Shown: in pieces, positions 33,895 to 44,757 of the stretch | How positions within the stretch are numbered: the first letter of the stretch is position 1 | Layout: the number at the start of each line of letters is the position of its first letter | Source: an uncultured Chlorobiaceae bacterium | Lineage (GTDB): Bacteria; Bacteroidota; Chlorobiia; Chlorobiales; Chlorobiaceae | Reading direction: 5' to 3' | Assembly: GCA_903994365.1 (NCBI GenBank) | Contig: CAJEXL010000001.1 | Location: 103,419-167,418, forward strand | Length of the DNA: 64,000 nt | Translations under genes and position numbers: made by a program | Notes under the pieces: generated by a model | The model's database searches: none | Told to the model about the DNA's origin: nothing | What the model saw: the letters and a program-made list of their open reading frames with translations, nothing else

Positions 33895-35334
33895 ATGGCT
33901 GAGGGGCAGTTCAGAAAAGGTGATATCATTGAGTTGATTGTTACGGATAACGCTGAAAAAGATCAATGTTTTGGCCGGCTTGATAATGGTATGGCGGTGA
34001 TGGCCAGCGGAATGCTTGCTGTAGGCGACAGAGTCTCTGCGCGGATTAAAAAAGTGCGTCAGCGCTACCTTGAGGCGATTGCTGTTGATATTCTTGAGCC
34101 ATCTCCAGAACGAACCATGCCATTGTGCAGCTATTTCGGTGTTTGCGGTGGATGCAAGCTGATGCACATTCGCTACGATGCGCAGCTTCTCTACAAACAG
34201 AAAAAGGTCAGGGATGCCCTTGAGCATATTGGCAATTTTTCTGCTCCACCAGTCTGTGAGGTGCATGCTGCTTCGAGCCCGTTTCACTACCGGAACAAGA
34301 TTGAATTCTCATTCTCGAACATGCGCTATCTTTTGCCTGAAGAGCTCTCTCTTGCAGAGCTTTCCCGATCAAAAGAGTTCGCTCTTGGATTTCATACTCC
34401 CGGCAATTTTGAGAAGGTGATTGACATCGACTACTGCTATCTTGCCAAAGAGGTGATGAATCGGGCGCTTGCGTTGACCCGTGATTTTGCTATTACCAAC
34501 GCCCTTGCCCCTTATGCCGCAAAGGCACATACCGGTTTTTTGAGAAATTTGGTTGTCCGTTTCAGTGAGAACCGGGAAGAGGTGATGGTCAATCTTGTCA
34601 CGTCATGGCACGATGAGGCGTTGATGCAGCGGTACAGAATGCATCTCGAAGCGGGTATGGCAGCGGAGAAACTGACGGTGGTGAACAATGTGACCGAGCG
34701 GCACAATACTGTTGCAACCGGTGATCAGGAGTTTACCCTCAGTGGCGCAGGGTATATTACCGAGCGTCTTGGCAGCCTTGATTTCAGAATATCAGCGAAC
34801 TCTTTTTTTCAGACGAATTCGTCGCAGGCGGAGGTGCTCTACAGCAGCATTCTTGATGTTGCCGGGTTGCAGCCCGAAGATACCGTGTACGATCTCTATT
34901 GCGGGACTGGAACTATCACCCTCTACCTGGCTCAGCATTGCCGTCAGGCGATCGGTTTGGAGGTGGTTGAAAGTTCGATCAACGATGCCAGGAGCAATGC
35001 AACACTGAACGGTATTGGCAATGCGGCATTCTTTCAGGTTGATCTTAAAGATTTTCATTCGATGCTGGAGACTCTCAACGACTATGATGCTCCCCGGGTG
35101 ATCATCACCGATCCACCAAGGGCGGGGATGCACCCAAAGTCGCTCACAACCATGCTGCGGCTCCAGCCGAAGAGAATTATCTATGTCAGTTGTAATCCAG
35201 CAAGTCTTGCCCGTGACGGCAAGGAGATTGCTCTTCACGGCTACACCCTTATGTCAGTGCAGCCGGTTGACATGTTTCCGCATACCAGTCATATCGAAAG
35301 TGTTGCCTGTTTTGAGCGTATGGCCTCTTGCTGA
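33895..35334 (+). CDS. rlmD: 23S rRNA (uracil-C5)-methyltransferase, RlmD/TrmA family
   Basis: TRAM domain, C..FGVCGGC, SFFQTN, DLYCG.GTI, DPPRAG, YVSCNP, DMFPHT.H.E. Confidence 0.92.
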   Translation: MAEGQFRKGDIIELIVTDNAEKDQCFGRLDNGMAVMASGMLAVGDRVSARIKKVRQRYLEAIAVDILEPSPERTMPLCSYFGVCGGCKLMHIRYDAQLLYKQKKVRDALEHIGNFSAPPVCEVHAASSPFHYRNKIEFSFSNMRYLLPEELSLAELSRSKEFALGFHTPGNFEKVIDIDYCYLAKEVMNRALALTRDFAITNALAPYAAKAHTGFLRNLVVRFSENREEVMVNLVTSWHDEALMQRYRMHLEAGMAAEKLTVVNNVTERHNTVATGDQEFTLSGAGYITERLGSLDFRISANSFFQTNSSQAEVLYSSILDVAGLQPEDTVYDLYCGTGTITLYLAQHCRQAIGLEVVESSINDARSNATLNGIGNAAFFQVDLKDFHSMLETLNDYDAPRVIITDPPRAGMHPKSLTTMLRLQPKRIIYVSCNPASLARDGKEIALHGYTLMSVQPVDMFPHTSHIESVACFERMASC

Positions 35335-35341
35335 AGAGAGC

Positions 35342-36169
35342 TTACTTTTTGCCACTTGCCTTGAGAAGTTTGCTACGCTCCTCCTGGGTTAATGAGGAGT
35401 AACCATGCTCTGAAATTTTGTCGAGTATGGCGTTGATCTCGGCCTCGGAAACAGGCGGTGCTACCTTGTTTTGTGTATGCAGGCGCGGGCTACCTCTCTT
35501 TTTTGTGGCACTACGTATTGTAGATAGTCCCTTATCGAGTAATTCTGAGAATGATAACTCAGCTCTTTTGATGGAGATGTAGAGAAAACCGATCAGCATT
35601 CCGCCAAGATGTGCAAAATGGGCAATATTGCTCCCGCTTCCCATTGAACGGCTGCCGAAACCGGAGATAAACTCAATAAGTGCATAGCCAGCAATGAAAT
35701 ACTTTGCCTTGACGGGGAAGAGAAAATAGATAAATATATAGCGGTTGGGAAACATCATGCCAAATGCCAGCAGTACGCCATAAATTGCACCTGAAGCGCC
35801 AACGGTAGGATAGGGATTACCCATTGTGGCGATCAGGTTTATGATTGCCGCACCGATACCGCAGACAAAATAGTAGATGTTGAATTGTCGCGTGCCCCAG
35901 TGGGTCTCTATTTCAGCTCCGAACATCCAGAGCGCAAACATATTGAAGAAGAGGTGTGTCATGCCTCCATGAAGAAACATATAGCTAACGGGTTGCCAGA
36001 TTCGGAAATTGCCCGATCCGACTGGCCAGAGTGAACCAAAAACTGAAATTGGTTCACCGAGAGGGGTTAACTGCAGCAGAAAAACGGCGACATTAACAAG
36101 AATAATAGTTTTGATGGCCGGGGGCATAAATTGAAAGCCCCCGGGACTGTATGGCTGTGAAGAGTTCAT
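35342..36169 (-). CDS. rhomboid family intramembrane serine protease
   Basis: FLH....HLFFNM, GASG, AHFAHLGG. Confidence 0.92.
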   Translation of the reverse strand: MNSSQPYSPGGFQFMPPAIKTIILVNVAVFLLQLTPLGEPISVFGSLWPVGSGNFRIWQPVSYMFLHGGMTHLFFNMFALWMFGAEIETHWGTRQFNIYYFVCGIGAAIINLIATMGNPYPTVGASGAIYGVLLAFGMMFPNRYIFIYFLFPVKAKYFIAGYALIEFISGFGSRSMGSGSNIAHFAHLGGMLIGFLYISIKRAELSFSELLDKGLSTIRSATKKRGSPRLHTQNKVAPPVSEAEINAILDKISEHGYSSLTQEERSKLLKASGKK

Positions 36170-36190
36170 TGCCTTTGTTCTAGTTGGTCT

Positions 36191-37384
36191 TTAATCATTC
36201 AGCGCAGAGATGCCCGGCAGCTCCTTGCCTTCAAGGAATTCGAGGCTTGCGCCTCCGCCTGTGGAGATGTGTGTCATCTCCTTTGCCAGTCCTGCTTTTG
36301 CAATTGCTGCCGCAGAGTCTCCCCCGCCAACAATGGTTGTTGCGCCTTTTGCGGTTGCATCAGCCAAAGCTTGTGCGACCGCCATAGTGCCTGAGGCAAA
36401 ATTGTCTATTTCAAAGACACCCATCGGGCCATTCCAGAGCACGGTTCGTGCGGAGAGAATTTCATTTCGGAACATCTCTGCCGTTTTTGGGCCAATATCG
36501 ACACCAATCATCTCATCGGGGATGTTGGAGATCTGATCAGCGTAAAAGTCAACATCTCCCGATATCGCTGGCGCAAGAATAACATCTGTTGGCAAGAGCA
36601 GTTTTATACCCTTGTTTTTTGCCTGCTCAAGAATAGCGAGAGCAAGTTCGATCTTGCTCTCTTCAACAAGAGATTTGCCAATTGCATACCCTTGCGCCTT
36701 GAAAAAGGTAAAGACCATGGCTCCGCCAATCAGTACCGTGTCAACCTTTTTGAAAAGGTTTTCAAGCACATCAATCTTTCCCGATATCTTTGATCCACCC
36801 AGAATCGCTACAAATGGCCGCTCAGGCTCTTGCAAGGCTTTTCCCAGATAGAGCAGCTCTCTTTCTATAAGAAATCCTGCAACTGCGGACTGGACGTAAT
36901 GGGTAATTCCCTCCGTTGACGCATGAGCGCGGTGTGCGGTTCCAAAGGCATCATTAACATATACCTCCCCAAGCGAGGCCAGCTCCCTTGAGAAATCAGG
37001 GTCATTTGCCTCTTCCTCAGCATGAAATCTCAGGTTTTCAAGCAGGAGTACCTCTCCGTCCTGCATCGCAAGAACCTGTTGCATAACCTCAGTTCCGACA
37101 CAATCTTTTGCCATGGTAACCGGGCAATCGATAAGTTCAGAAAGTCGAGATGCCACAGGTGCAAGCGAATATTCAGAATTGACCTTGCCTTTCGGTCTTC
37201 CAAGGTGAGACATGAGAATAAGGCGGCCACCGTTTTCAAGTATCTTTTTTATAGAGGGAAGAGACTCGACGATTCTCTTGTCGTCAGTAATTCTCTTGTT
37301 CTCGTCAAGGGGGACATTAAAGTCAACACGCATAAGTACCCGTTTTCCCTGTGTTGAGATGTCAGACAAGCTCTTCTTCTGCAT
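36191..37384 (-). CDS. pgk: phosphoglycerate kinase
   Basis: [45 protein letters not shown]. Confidence 0.98.
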   Translation of the reverse strand: MQKKSLSDISTQGKRVLMRVDFNVPLDENKRITDDKRIVESLPSIKKILENGGRLILMSHLGRPKGKVNSEYSLAPVASRLSELIDCPVTMAKDCVGTEVMQQVLAMQDGEVLLLENLRFHAEEEANDPDFSRELASLGEVYVNDAFGTAHRAHASTEGITHYVQSAVAGFLIERELLYLGKALQEPERPFVAILGGSKISGKIDVLENLFKKVDTVLIGGAMVFTFFKAQGYAIGKSLVEESKIELALAILEQAKNKGIKLLLPTDVILAPAISGDVDFYADQISNIPDEMIGVDIGPKTAEMFRNEILSARTVLWNGPMGVFEIDNFASGTMAVAQALADATAKGATTIVGGGDSAAAIAKAGLAKEMTHISTGGGASLEFLEGKELPGISALND

Positions 37385-37461
37385 TTTTTTGTGTGATTGG
37401 TTAAATAAGATAACAGCTCCTGTAATGTAGGTAATAGATACTATATATTTAACGCGGGTGA

Positions 37462-38484
37462 TTATTCAGTTTTAGCTTGCAGTGTATCGCGTCGAGCCTC
37501 TCTGTATTTTTTGATGTTTACAGCATGTTCGGCCAGTGATTTTGCAAAATAATGGCCACCTTTTCCGGTGGCGACAAAGTAGAGAAATCCGCTCTCTGCG
37601 GCGTTGAGCACAGCAAGAATTGATGCAGCACCCGGGTTGCAGATCGGTCCTGGTGGCAGTCCATGATGGCGATAGGTGTTGTAGGGTGAGTCTGCGGCAA
37701 GGTCTTTGTAGTAAAGTCTTCTGGCTGTGCCACCCAGGGCATACTGTACCGTTGGATCTGCCTGCAAGCGCATGTTTGTTTTCAACCGGTTGAGGTAGAC
37801 GCTTGCGACAATCGGCTTTTCTGCGTTGACAGGGGTTTCCGCCTCAACAATGGAGGCAAGGGTCAACAATTCGGTTTTGTTCAGCCCTCTTTTTAAAGCA
37901 ACATTTTTGAGACTGTCTGTGTAGAAGTGGTTGAATCGCCCGATAAGAAACTCTGCAGCCTCGCGGGGTGTGCTTGCCCAGACAAAATTGTATGTTCCGG
38001 GGAAGAGATAGCCTTCTGCATTGCTGGCCGAAATCCCGTATTTTTCCAGCATTTTCCTGTCAGATGCGGCAGCCATGAATCCTGTAGAATCTATATCAAG
38101 GTGCCTTGAGAGGATTCTGGCAACATGGCTGAGATCAAGTCCTTCGGGAAGAGTGACTCGGATCTCATCCTGCGGATGGCTGTGCAGGTAGTACATGAGC
38201 CCGAAATTCGACATGCCTGGCGGGATAACATATCTCCCCGGTTTGATATGGTGAAGTTTTGGTATAATGCTGGCGGTCATGAGTGCTGGCCATGACTCTG
38301 CAATGGTGCCATTACGGTGTAACTCCCCAAGAATGGTTCTGAATCCCATTCCCCGATGTACCGTAAGGCGGGTTGTTCTGGAGGATGTATTGAGGCCTGG
38401 TAAAAAGAGAAAAGATACCAATGCTGCCAGAACAATGACCATACCGATCAACAATGGGGAGGGTAATTTTTTTTTTATTGCCAT
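37462..38484 (-). CDS. mltG: endolytic transglycosylase MltG (YceG)
   Basis: EGYLFP.TY, LASIVE.E, LQADPTV, SPYNTY...GLPPGPI.NPG. Confidence 0.95.
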   Translation of the reverse strand: MAIKKKLPSPLLIGMVIVLAALVSFLFLPGLNTSSRTTRLTVHRGMGFRTILGELHRNGTIAESWPALMTASIIPKLHHIKPGRYVIPPGMSNFGLMYYLHSHPQDEIRVTLPEGLDLSHVARILSRHLDIDSTGFMAAASDRKMLEKYGISASNAEGYLFPGTYNFVWASTPREAAEFLIGRFNHFYTDSLKNVALKRGLNKTELLTLASIVEAETPVNAEKPIVASVYLNRLKTNMRLQADPTVQYALGGTARRLYYKDLAADSPYNTYRHHGLPPGPICNPGAASILAVLNAAESGFLYFVATGKGGHYFAKSLAEHAVNIKKYREARRDTLQAKTE

Positions 38485-38499
38485 TACACCGGAACCCCT

Positions 38500-38823
38500 T
38501 CAGGCTGATTTGCCCTGCTGATTGTTTTTCCACTCATGCTGAAACAGGCGACTCTCTTCGATGATGCAGCGATAGATTTTTTCCAGTGCATGTGATTTCA
38601 GGGGTGAGTCGGTATGGTTCAGTACATTGTGAAGAACGGCTTTTTCGCGTTCGGGCTGGAATACCTGCTCGCCGATCCTCAATTTAAGGGTGCTTATATT
38701 TTGGGCACAATCCAGGCGCTCACAGAGGAGAGAGGAGAGTTGCTGATCAATAGCGTCAATCCTTTTTCGCCATTCGTCAAGTTCCTGCCAATATGCTGTA
38801 TGGTTCACGCTTTTATCGGACAT
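38500..38823 (-). CDS. chorismate mutase (AroQ type)
   Basis: L...R..ID.ID..L..LL.ER....I...K ... P.RE ... II.ES...Q. Confidence 0.88.
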   Translation of the reverse strand: MSDKSVNHTAYWQELDEWRKRIDAIDQQLSSLLCERLDCAQNISTLKLRIGEQVFQPEREKAVLHNVLNHTDSPLKSHALEKIYRCIIEESRLFQHEWKNNQQGKSA

Positions 38824-39109
38824 TATGATAGCGGAGGTTAAGAGTGTGTGAGAAAATAGAGAGGGTTGAATCTCTATGAGATATATTTCCCGAAGCTCTG
38901 CTGCGGGGTCGTTTATTTAGCCTGGCATAGTAAGTTTTTTTACGTTTGTGTTCAAAGATGTTCCATAAACAAGCTTCCAATATATCTGTCCACCACAACC
39001 TTTTGTAACCTTTTGCATGATGCATCAACGTCATTAAAATAGGCACATCCCCACGTTATTAAAATAGACAACTATTTTTTTAGTGCCTCCTTTTTTTATA
39101 CATTTTGAA

Positions 39110-39135
39110 GTGGAGAAAAGTGGCAAAAAATGGAG
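39110..39135 (+). promoter_or_regulatory. MraZ-binding direct repeats
   Basis: GTGGAG / GTGGCA / ATGGAG at 39110, 39120 and 39130 (10-bp period) upstream of mraZ. Confidence 0.75.
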
Positions 39136-39225
39136 TAAATTTGCCACTTCGCTCTTTTTTATGGCAATCAAGGGGCAGAAGAGGTCGAAAAGGTGGCAGT
39201 ATCTTCATAACGATGTAGCGCAGGG

Positions 39226-39705
39226 ATGAAAAAAATGGCTGGCTTTATAGGCAAAGAGAGGCATGCCATTGACGAAAAAGGGCGGCTGATGATTCCTGTG
39301 AAGTTTCGTCGGAAGTTTGGAGTGGGGGCCTCATCCGGGGAGACGGAGGTTGGGTCGGGGCGTACAGAGGCTCTTTATATTATGAAGACCCCGGAGCGCT
39401 CCCTTGAGTTGTATGAGCCTTTTATCTGGAGCGACATGAGGAGGGGGATCTCTGCTCTTTCCGATTTTAACCCTGATGAGCGCCTGCTGAAGACATTGAT
39501 GTATGAAAGCCTTGAAACCGTGGAGCTTGACCGTCAAGGGAGAGTTGCATTGTCAAGGGAGTTTCTGGAACATGCGGGTATTACCAAGGATGTTGTGATT
39601 ATCGGGGCTGATACAAAGATGATTATGTGGGAGCCGGAACGCCTCTCCACTCTTTTGCGCGAGAGTTCAGAACGCTTTGCCTCGTTGGCGGGCAGATATT
39701 TTTAG
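39226..39705 (+). CDS. mraZ: division/cell wall cluster regulator MraZ
   Basis: DEKGRL.IP..FR and LD.QGR repeats. Confidence 0.95.
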   Translation: MKKMAGFIGKERHAIDEKGRLMIPVKFRRKFGVGASSGETEVGSGRTEALYIMKTPERSLELYEPFIWSDMRRGISALSDFNPDERLLKTLMYESLETVELDRQGRVALSREFLEHAGITKDVVIIGADTKMIMWEPERLSTLLRESSERFASLAGRYF

Positions 39706-39710
39706 CGCCT

Positions 39711-40694
39711 ATGGTACAGGAGAGATTTCATGATCCGGTACTTGTTACCGAAGTTGTTGCATTTTTGGTCAGGAAACCAGGGATCTATGTTGATGCTACC
39801 CTTGGGGGCGGTGGTCATTCTTCGGCCATTCTTCATGCGCTTTTTGAAGCTGGTTATGGCGACAGATCACTTTTGATTGGTATCGACCAGGATGATGCCG
39901 CATTACGGGAAGCATCAGAGCGGCTGAGGATGTACAAGGCTGGTTTGGTTCTGGTCAAAGGAAATTTTCAGGATATAGAAGGTATCATCAGCAGGGTGTG
40001 TTGCGAAAAAGAGAGAGATCCGCTTGTGGCTGGCATTCTGCTTGATCTTGGGGTTTCATCATTCCAGATTGATACCCCAGAACGGGGGTTCAGTTATCTC
40101 AGGGATGGTGCGCTTGATATGCGGATGGATAGCAGTGCCTCTCTGAGAGCCTGCGACATTGTCAATAGCTATGAAGAGAGAGAGCTGGCGAGGCTTTTTT
40201 ATCGATACGGTGAAGAGCCAAGAAGTCGGAGTATAGCAAAAGCTGTTGTTGCGTATCGCCAGATACATGGTTCAGTTGGTGGTACACAAGAGCTTGCTGC
40301 AATTATCCGCGATAACGCGCATGGAGGTGAAAAGGTGATCAAAACCCTTTCAAGAGTTTTTCAGGCGCTGAGAATTGAGGTGAACGGTGAGCTTGATGTG
40401 CTCAGTCGGGCTCTTGACGGCGGAATTAATTGTCTGGAAGGCCATGGTCGTATGGCGGTTATCAGTTATCACTCTCTTGAGGACAGGATAGTTAAACAAG
40501 CCTTTGCTGAAAAAGCAAAGAGTGACTGGGGGCCAAAAGGGGTCGGCTTGAGGGAGCCTCTGGCCTATGGAGAGATTGCTCTGGTGACCAAAAAGCCTTT
40601 GATTGCTACTCCGAAAGAGATAGCATTGAACTCAAGGGCCAGAAGTGCGAAATTGCGGGTTATTGAAAAAATCCCTCTGCGGAGGTTGTTGTGA
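39711..40694 (+). CDS. rsmH: 16S rRNA m4C1402 methyltransferase RsmH (MraW)
   Basis: H.PVL, DATLGGGGHS, DLGVSS.Q, LDMRM, FQALRI.VN, SYHSLEDR. Confidence 0.97.
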   Translation: MVQERFHDPVLVTEVVAFLVRKPGIYVDATLGGGGHSSAILHALFEAGYGDRSLLIGIDQDDAALREASERLRMYKAGLVLVKGNFQDIEGIISRVCCEKERDPLVAGILLDLGVSSFQIDTPERGFSYLRDGALDMRMDSSASLRACDIVNSYEERELARLFYRYGEEPRSRSIAKAVVAYRQIHGSVGGTQELAAIIRDNAHGGEKVIKTLSRVFQALRIEVNGELDVLSRALDGGINCLEGHGRMAVISYHSLEDRIVKQAFAEKAKSDWGPKGVGLREPLAYGEIALVTKKPLIATPKEIALNSRARSAKLRVIEKIPLRRLL

Positions 40695-41134
40695 AAAAGA
40701 GTAAACTAACTGATTTCCTTGGCAATTTTCGGAAAGGTATGAAGAGCAGAGAGAAGAGTGCAGCAGCAGAGTTACCTGTCTCAAAGCGCTTCGGGGAGGT
40801 TAAGGTGGTTCAAGGCGGTGAGGATTTTTCACCGATTGAGCCAGCTATCAATACATTGAAGTTCGATATTGTCTCGTTGTTGCAGCTCAAGACTTTTCTT
40901 TATCTGCTTGGCGGGACTCTTATTTTTTTGGTTCAAACCTATAATACTCTTGCAATTATCAACCTTGCCCGACAGAATGAAAAACTTCGGGATCAGATAC
41001 TGATGACCACCAGTGTGATTACCTCGCAGGAGCTGAAAGTGCACGAATTGCATAGCATTCATAATATTGCACAAGATGCGTTAAAAATTGGTCTTGAGCC
41101 TTCAGTTATTCCTCCGGTTGAACTCCGGCCCTGA
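40691..41134 (+). CDS. FtsL-like cell division protein
   Basis: Single TM segment followed by a coiled coil; sits between rsmH and ftsI. Confidence 0.6.
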   Translation: MKKSKLTDFLGNFRKGMKSREKSAAAELPVSKRFGEVKVVQGGEDFSPIEPAINTLKFDIVSLLQLKTFLYLLGGTLIFLVQTYNTLAIINLARQNEKLRDQILMTTSVITSQELKVHELHSIHNIAQDALKIGLEPSVIPPVELRP

Positions 41135-41173
41135 ATGGATGTGCTGCTCAATGAACGATGAACGGGAGGACTT

Positions 41174-43195
41174 ATGAATGATCCACAGAGCATCAGGCCA
41201 CCGGATGATAAAGAGTTTGGCAGGAGGCTCGGTATTGTTGTTTTCGGATTTTCAATGTTTATAGCGGCAATTATTGGCATGTTGCTCAATATCCAGGTGG
41301 TCAATGTCAAGAAATATAAGCAGAAAGCAATAAAACAGTATGAGAGGGTTGTGACGGAGGTGGCGCAACGGGGTGTGATTCTTGATCGCAATTCACGGAT
41401 GCTGGCTGAGAGCATTGAATCCATCTCATTTTATGCGGATCCCGTCAAAGTCAGGAATACTCCGTTGTTTGATGACAAAGAGAGGCCGGTTATTGACAAA
41501 AATACCGGTAAACAGAAGAGCTACGATAATAGTGTCGCTGTTGCCGCACTTTTTTCAAGTCAGTTGGGAGTCAATCGGCAAGAGTGCCTCAAGGAGTTGC
41601 GGCGCACCAAAGGAATGGCCGTCCTTGGACGGAAGATTTCTGTAGCAAAAGCGTTGCCTCTGATGCAGGAAAAGATACATGGGATCTGGTTTGACAAGGA
41701 GCAGCAGCGGTATTACCTCAATGTTGCCGCCCAGTTGATCGGTTCGACCGACAGCAAAAATGAGGGAAGCAGCGGGCTGGAGCTTCAGTTGAACAAAGAG
41801 TTGAAAGGACGTGACGGGACAAGAATTTTCCAGCGTAATGCCACGGGAGCTCGCTACCCTGCTCCCGATGTGCAGCAGCAGGATGCCGTGGAGGGTAATT
41901 CCGTACAATTGACTCTTGATGGCGATATTCAAAGTATTGTGGAAGATGAGCTCTCTCTGGCTGTAGAGAAGTTTCAGGCTGAAGCGGCTTCCAGTATTGT
42001 TATGGATGTTCGTACCGGAGAGATTCTTGCCATGGCCAACAATCCAGCCTTTGATCTTAATCGCAGAGAGACATGGACACCTGAATTGGCGCGTAATCGA
42101 GCCGTGACAGACAGTTACGAACCTGGTTCGACCTTCAAGCTGATCATGGCTGCGGCAGCAACGGACATCCTCAAAAGAAAGGCCGAAGATCTGATTTTCG
42201 CCAATAATGGCGTTTTGCCTCTCTATAATCTGAAGATAAAGGATCATGAGGCTTATGGCACCATAACGTTTCGCCAGGCAATCATGTACTCAAGCAATGT
42301 TGTTGCCGCGAAGACTGCAATGGCTGTTGGTCGGGAGAATTTCAATGCCTATGCAAGAAATTTTGGCTTTGGGAAGAGAACTGGCATTGGCCTTATCGGA
42401 GAGTCTCCAGGCAGGGTTCGTTCTCTTGCCAATTGGGACAGAACGACACTTCCCTGGATGGGTTATGGCTATCAGGTGATGGCAACCCCGTTGCAGACGC
42501 TGCTCTCGTATGCGACTATCGCCAATGATGGTGAGCTGATGCGCCCCTATATTATTAAAAAGATTGTTGCTGCAGATGGACGGATTGTTCGGGAGAATTC
42601 GCCTGAAATAATACGGCGGGTGGTTTCCGTGGCTACAGCGAGATATCTTGGGAAAGAGTATTTCAAGGCTGTTGTTGACAGTGGTACCGCCAAAAATGCC
42701 GCGTTGCCGGGAATCAGTGTGGCTGGTAAAACCGGAACGGCTCAGCGCGCAGCAGGAGGCTCTTATGCCAATCCGGTCTATGTCTCTTCATTTGTTGGTT
42801 ATTTCCCGGTTGAAGCTCCACGGTATGCCATTATTGTGAATGTGGAACGGCCGAGAACCGCCTATTATGCCGCGACTGTTGCTGTACCGGTGTTTGCTGG
42901 TATTGCCAAAAGAATGATTGCCTGCTCCGAGGAGATGCAGAAAAATCTTGCTGTTCCGTCACCGGAACAGGCCGCGCTTGATGCTGTTGCTACCGTAGTG
43001 GTACCAGAACTCAAGGGGCTCAAAGGGCGTGATGCGCAGCGATTGCTGAAATGGCTGAAGCTGGAGATGGATTATTCTGGAAATTTTGACGGGTTTGTTG
43101 TTGCCCAGAACGTCACACCTGGGAGCATGGTGCAAAAAGAGAGAACGATCAAGGTACAGCTTGCTTCAAGAAAGATAAACAAAACCACTTCATGA
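41174..43195 (+). CDS. ftsI: peptidoglycan transpeptidase FtsI (PBP3) with PASTA domain
   Basis: RG.I.DRN, EPGSTFK (SxxK), SSN, KTGTAQ; C-terminal VPELKG. Confidence 0.95.
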   Translation: MNDPQSIRPPDDKEFGRRLGIVVFGFSMFIAAIIGMLLNIQVVNVKKYKQKAIKQYERVVTEVAQRGVILDRNSRMLAESIESISFYADPVKVRNTPLFDDKERPVIDKNTGKQKSYDNSVAVAALFSSQLGVNRQECLKELRRTKGMAVLGRKISVAKALPLMQEKIHGIWFDKEQQRYYLNVAAQLIGSTDSKNEGSSGLELQLNKELKGRDGTRIFQRNATGARYPAPDVQQQDAVEGNSVQLTLDGDIQSIVEDELSLAVEKFQAEAASSIVMDVRTGEILAMANNPAFDLNRRETWTPELARNRAVTDSYEPGSTFKLIMAAAATDILKRKAEDLIFANNGVLPLYNLKIKDHEAYGTITFRQAIMYSSNVVAAKTAMAVGRENFNAYARNFGFGKRTGIGLIGESPGRVRSLANWDRTTLPWMGYGYQVMATPLQTLLSYATIANDGELMRPYIIKKIVAADGRIVRENSPEIIRRVVSVATARYLGKEYFKAVVDSGTAKNAALPGISVAGKTGTAQRAAGGSYANPVYVSSFVGYFPVEAPRYAIIVNVERPRTAYYAATVAVPVFAGIAKRMIACSEEMQKNLAVPSPEQAALDAVATVVVPELKGLKGRDAQRLLKWLKLEMDYSGNFDGFVVAQNVTPGSMVQKERTIKVQLASRKINKTTS

Positions 43196-44757
43196 CTCTC
43201 TCAATAAAGAGTGCTCACCATCAGGTGCTGCACCTTGATATGCTGCTCAATGCTGTTGCCTCTCTTGCTCTTGCCGGAGAGGCTGGTACGGATATTGTCG
43301 TTCAGCATATCACGATTGATTCAAGAGAGGTTGAGCCAGGCTCTCTTTTTGTGGCGGTGCGAGGCTACTGTATTGACGGCCATCGTTTTATTTCCAGCGC
43401 AGTGGAGCGTGGGGCAGTGGTGGTTATCTGCGAGGAGTTTCCCCCTGATATTGCATCATCCTGCCTTTATATACAAGTTGCCGATGCTCGCAAGGCTCTT
43501 GCCGGGGTGGCTCGTATCTTTTACGGCAATGCTGCTGACCAATTGAAGATTATAGGGGTGACCGGCACCAATGGTAAAACTACAACAGCAAGGTTGATTA
43601 CGGCAATGCTCAACGCCAACGGTATTTTTGCGGGCTACATTGGCACCAATCTTTGCCTGATTGGGGGCTTTTCTATGCCGCTTGATCGTACGACTCCGGA
43701 GGCTCATGAGCTGCATGCACTCTTTTCTCTTATGGTTGAGGCCGGATGCCGCGCGGTCGTGATGGAGGTTTCATCCCATGCGCTTGTGCTTCAGCGAGTC
43801 TATGGGCTTCGGTTTCATGCAGCGCTCTTTACCAATCTGACCATGGAGCATCTTGATTTTCATACAACGATGGCTGAGTACGCTTCAGCCAAGCAGCAGT
43901 TGTTCGATCAGCTTGCGCCAGAAGGTTTTGCTGTTTTCAATAGTGATGACTCCTTTGCCATACAGATGGCTTCACGGGTAGCGCATGAAAAAATATACTG
44001 TTGTACATTGCAGGGCGGCTCTCCCCCGCCAGCGCAGTGTCGGCATCATTTTGAAGCCAAAATTCTTGAGAGTACGCTTGCATCAAGTGTGGTCGCTCTC
44101 CATTTTCCGGAGAGGATTCTGACGATGCGGGTTGGATTGCCGGGCTCTTTCAATGTTATGAATGTGCTTGAGGCTGCTGCCATCGGTTTTGGTATGGCGC
44201 TCTCCCCTGAAGAGATCTGCCACTCTCTTTCAGCAATCTCTGCCGTTGACGGGCGTATGGAAAGAGTGAGTGACGGTAGCCAGGGGTATTCGGTTTTTGT
44301 TGATTATGCTCATACGCCTGACGCGCTCTTCAAGGTGCTTGAAACCCTTCGTCTTCTCAAGCCGGCAGCTTCACGTCTGCTTCTGCTGTTCGGGTGTGGA
44401 GGCAACAGAGATCGCTCCAAACGTCCTGAAATGGGGCGCATAGCTTCGGAGGCAGCCGATATGGTCATTCTGACCTCCGACAATCCTCGGGATGAGGATC
44501 CGGAGATGATTCTTGATGAGATTGAACGAGGGATTACAGGAGGCCATTATATGCGGACAAGTGACCGTGCTGAAGCAATCGGCCAGGCGGTCGCCATGCT
44601 CAGGGAGGGCGATGTGCTTCTTGTTGCGGGCAAAGGGCACGAACGGTATCAGGAGATTGCAGGGAAAAAATATCCATTTTCGGATCAGGAACATTTAATA
44701 AAGAGTATGCGGAAAAAAGGCGCTGAATATTCGGTGAAGGAGAGCGTATGCCGGTAA
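43192..44757 (+). CDS. murE: UDP-MurNAc-dipeptide--meso-DAP ligase
   Basis: GTNGKTT, MEVSSH, VDYAHTPD, FGCGG.RD, DNPR (DAP-type motif). Confidence 0.97.
   Translation: MTLSIKSAHHQVLHLDMLLNAVASLALAGEAGTDIVVQHITIDSREVEPGSLFVAVRGYCIDGHRFISSAVERGAVVVICEEFPPDIASSCLYIQVADARKALAGVARIFYGNAADQLKIIGVTGTNGKTTTARLITAMLNANGIFAGYIGTNLCLIGGFSMPLDRTTPEAHELHALFSLMVEAGCRAVVMEVSSHALVLQRVYGLRFHAALFTNLTMEHLDFHTTMAEYASAKQQLFDQLAPEGFAVFNSDDSFAIQMASRVAHEKIYCCTLQGGSPPPAQCRHHFEAKILESTLASSVVALHFPERILTMRVGLPGSFNVMNVLEAAAIGFGMALSPEEICHSLSAISAVDGRMERVSDGSQGYSVFVDYAHTPDALFKVLETLRLLKPAASRLLLLFGCGGNRDRSKRPEMGRIASEAADMVILTSDNPRDEDPEMILDEIERGITGGHYMRTSDRAEAIGQAVAMLREGDVLLVAGKGHERYQEIAGKKYPFSDQEHLIKSMRKKGAEYSVKESVCR

Noticed and set aside
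38813-39046. 77-aa ORF between chorismate mutase and mraZ
   Set aside because: Lies in a divergent promoter region; no recognisable product.
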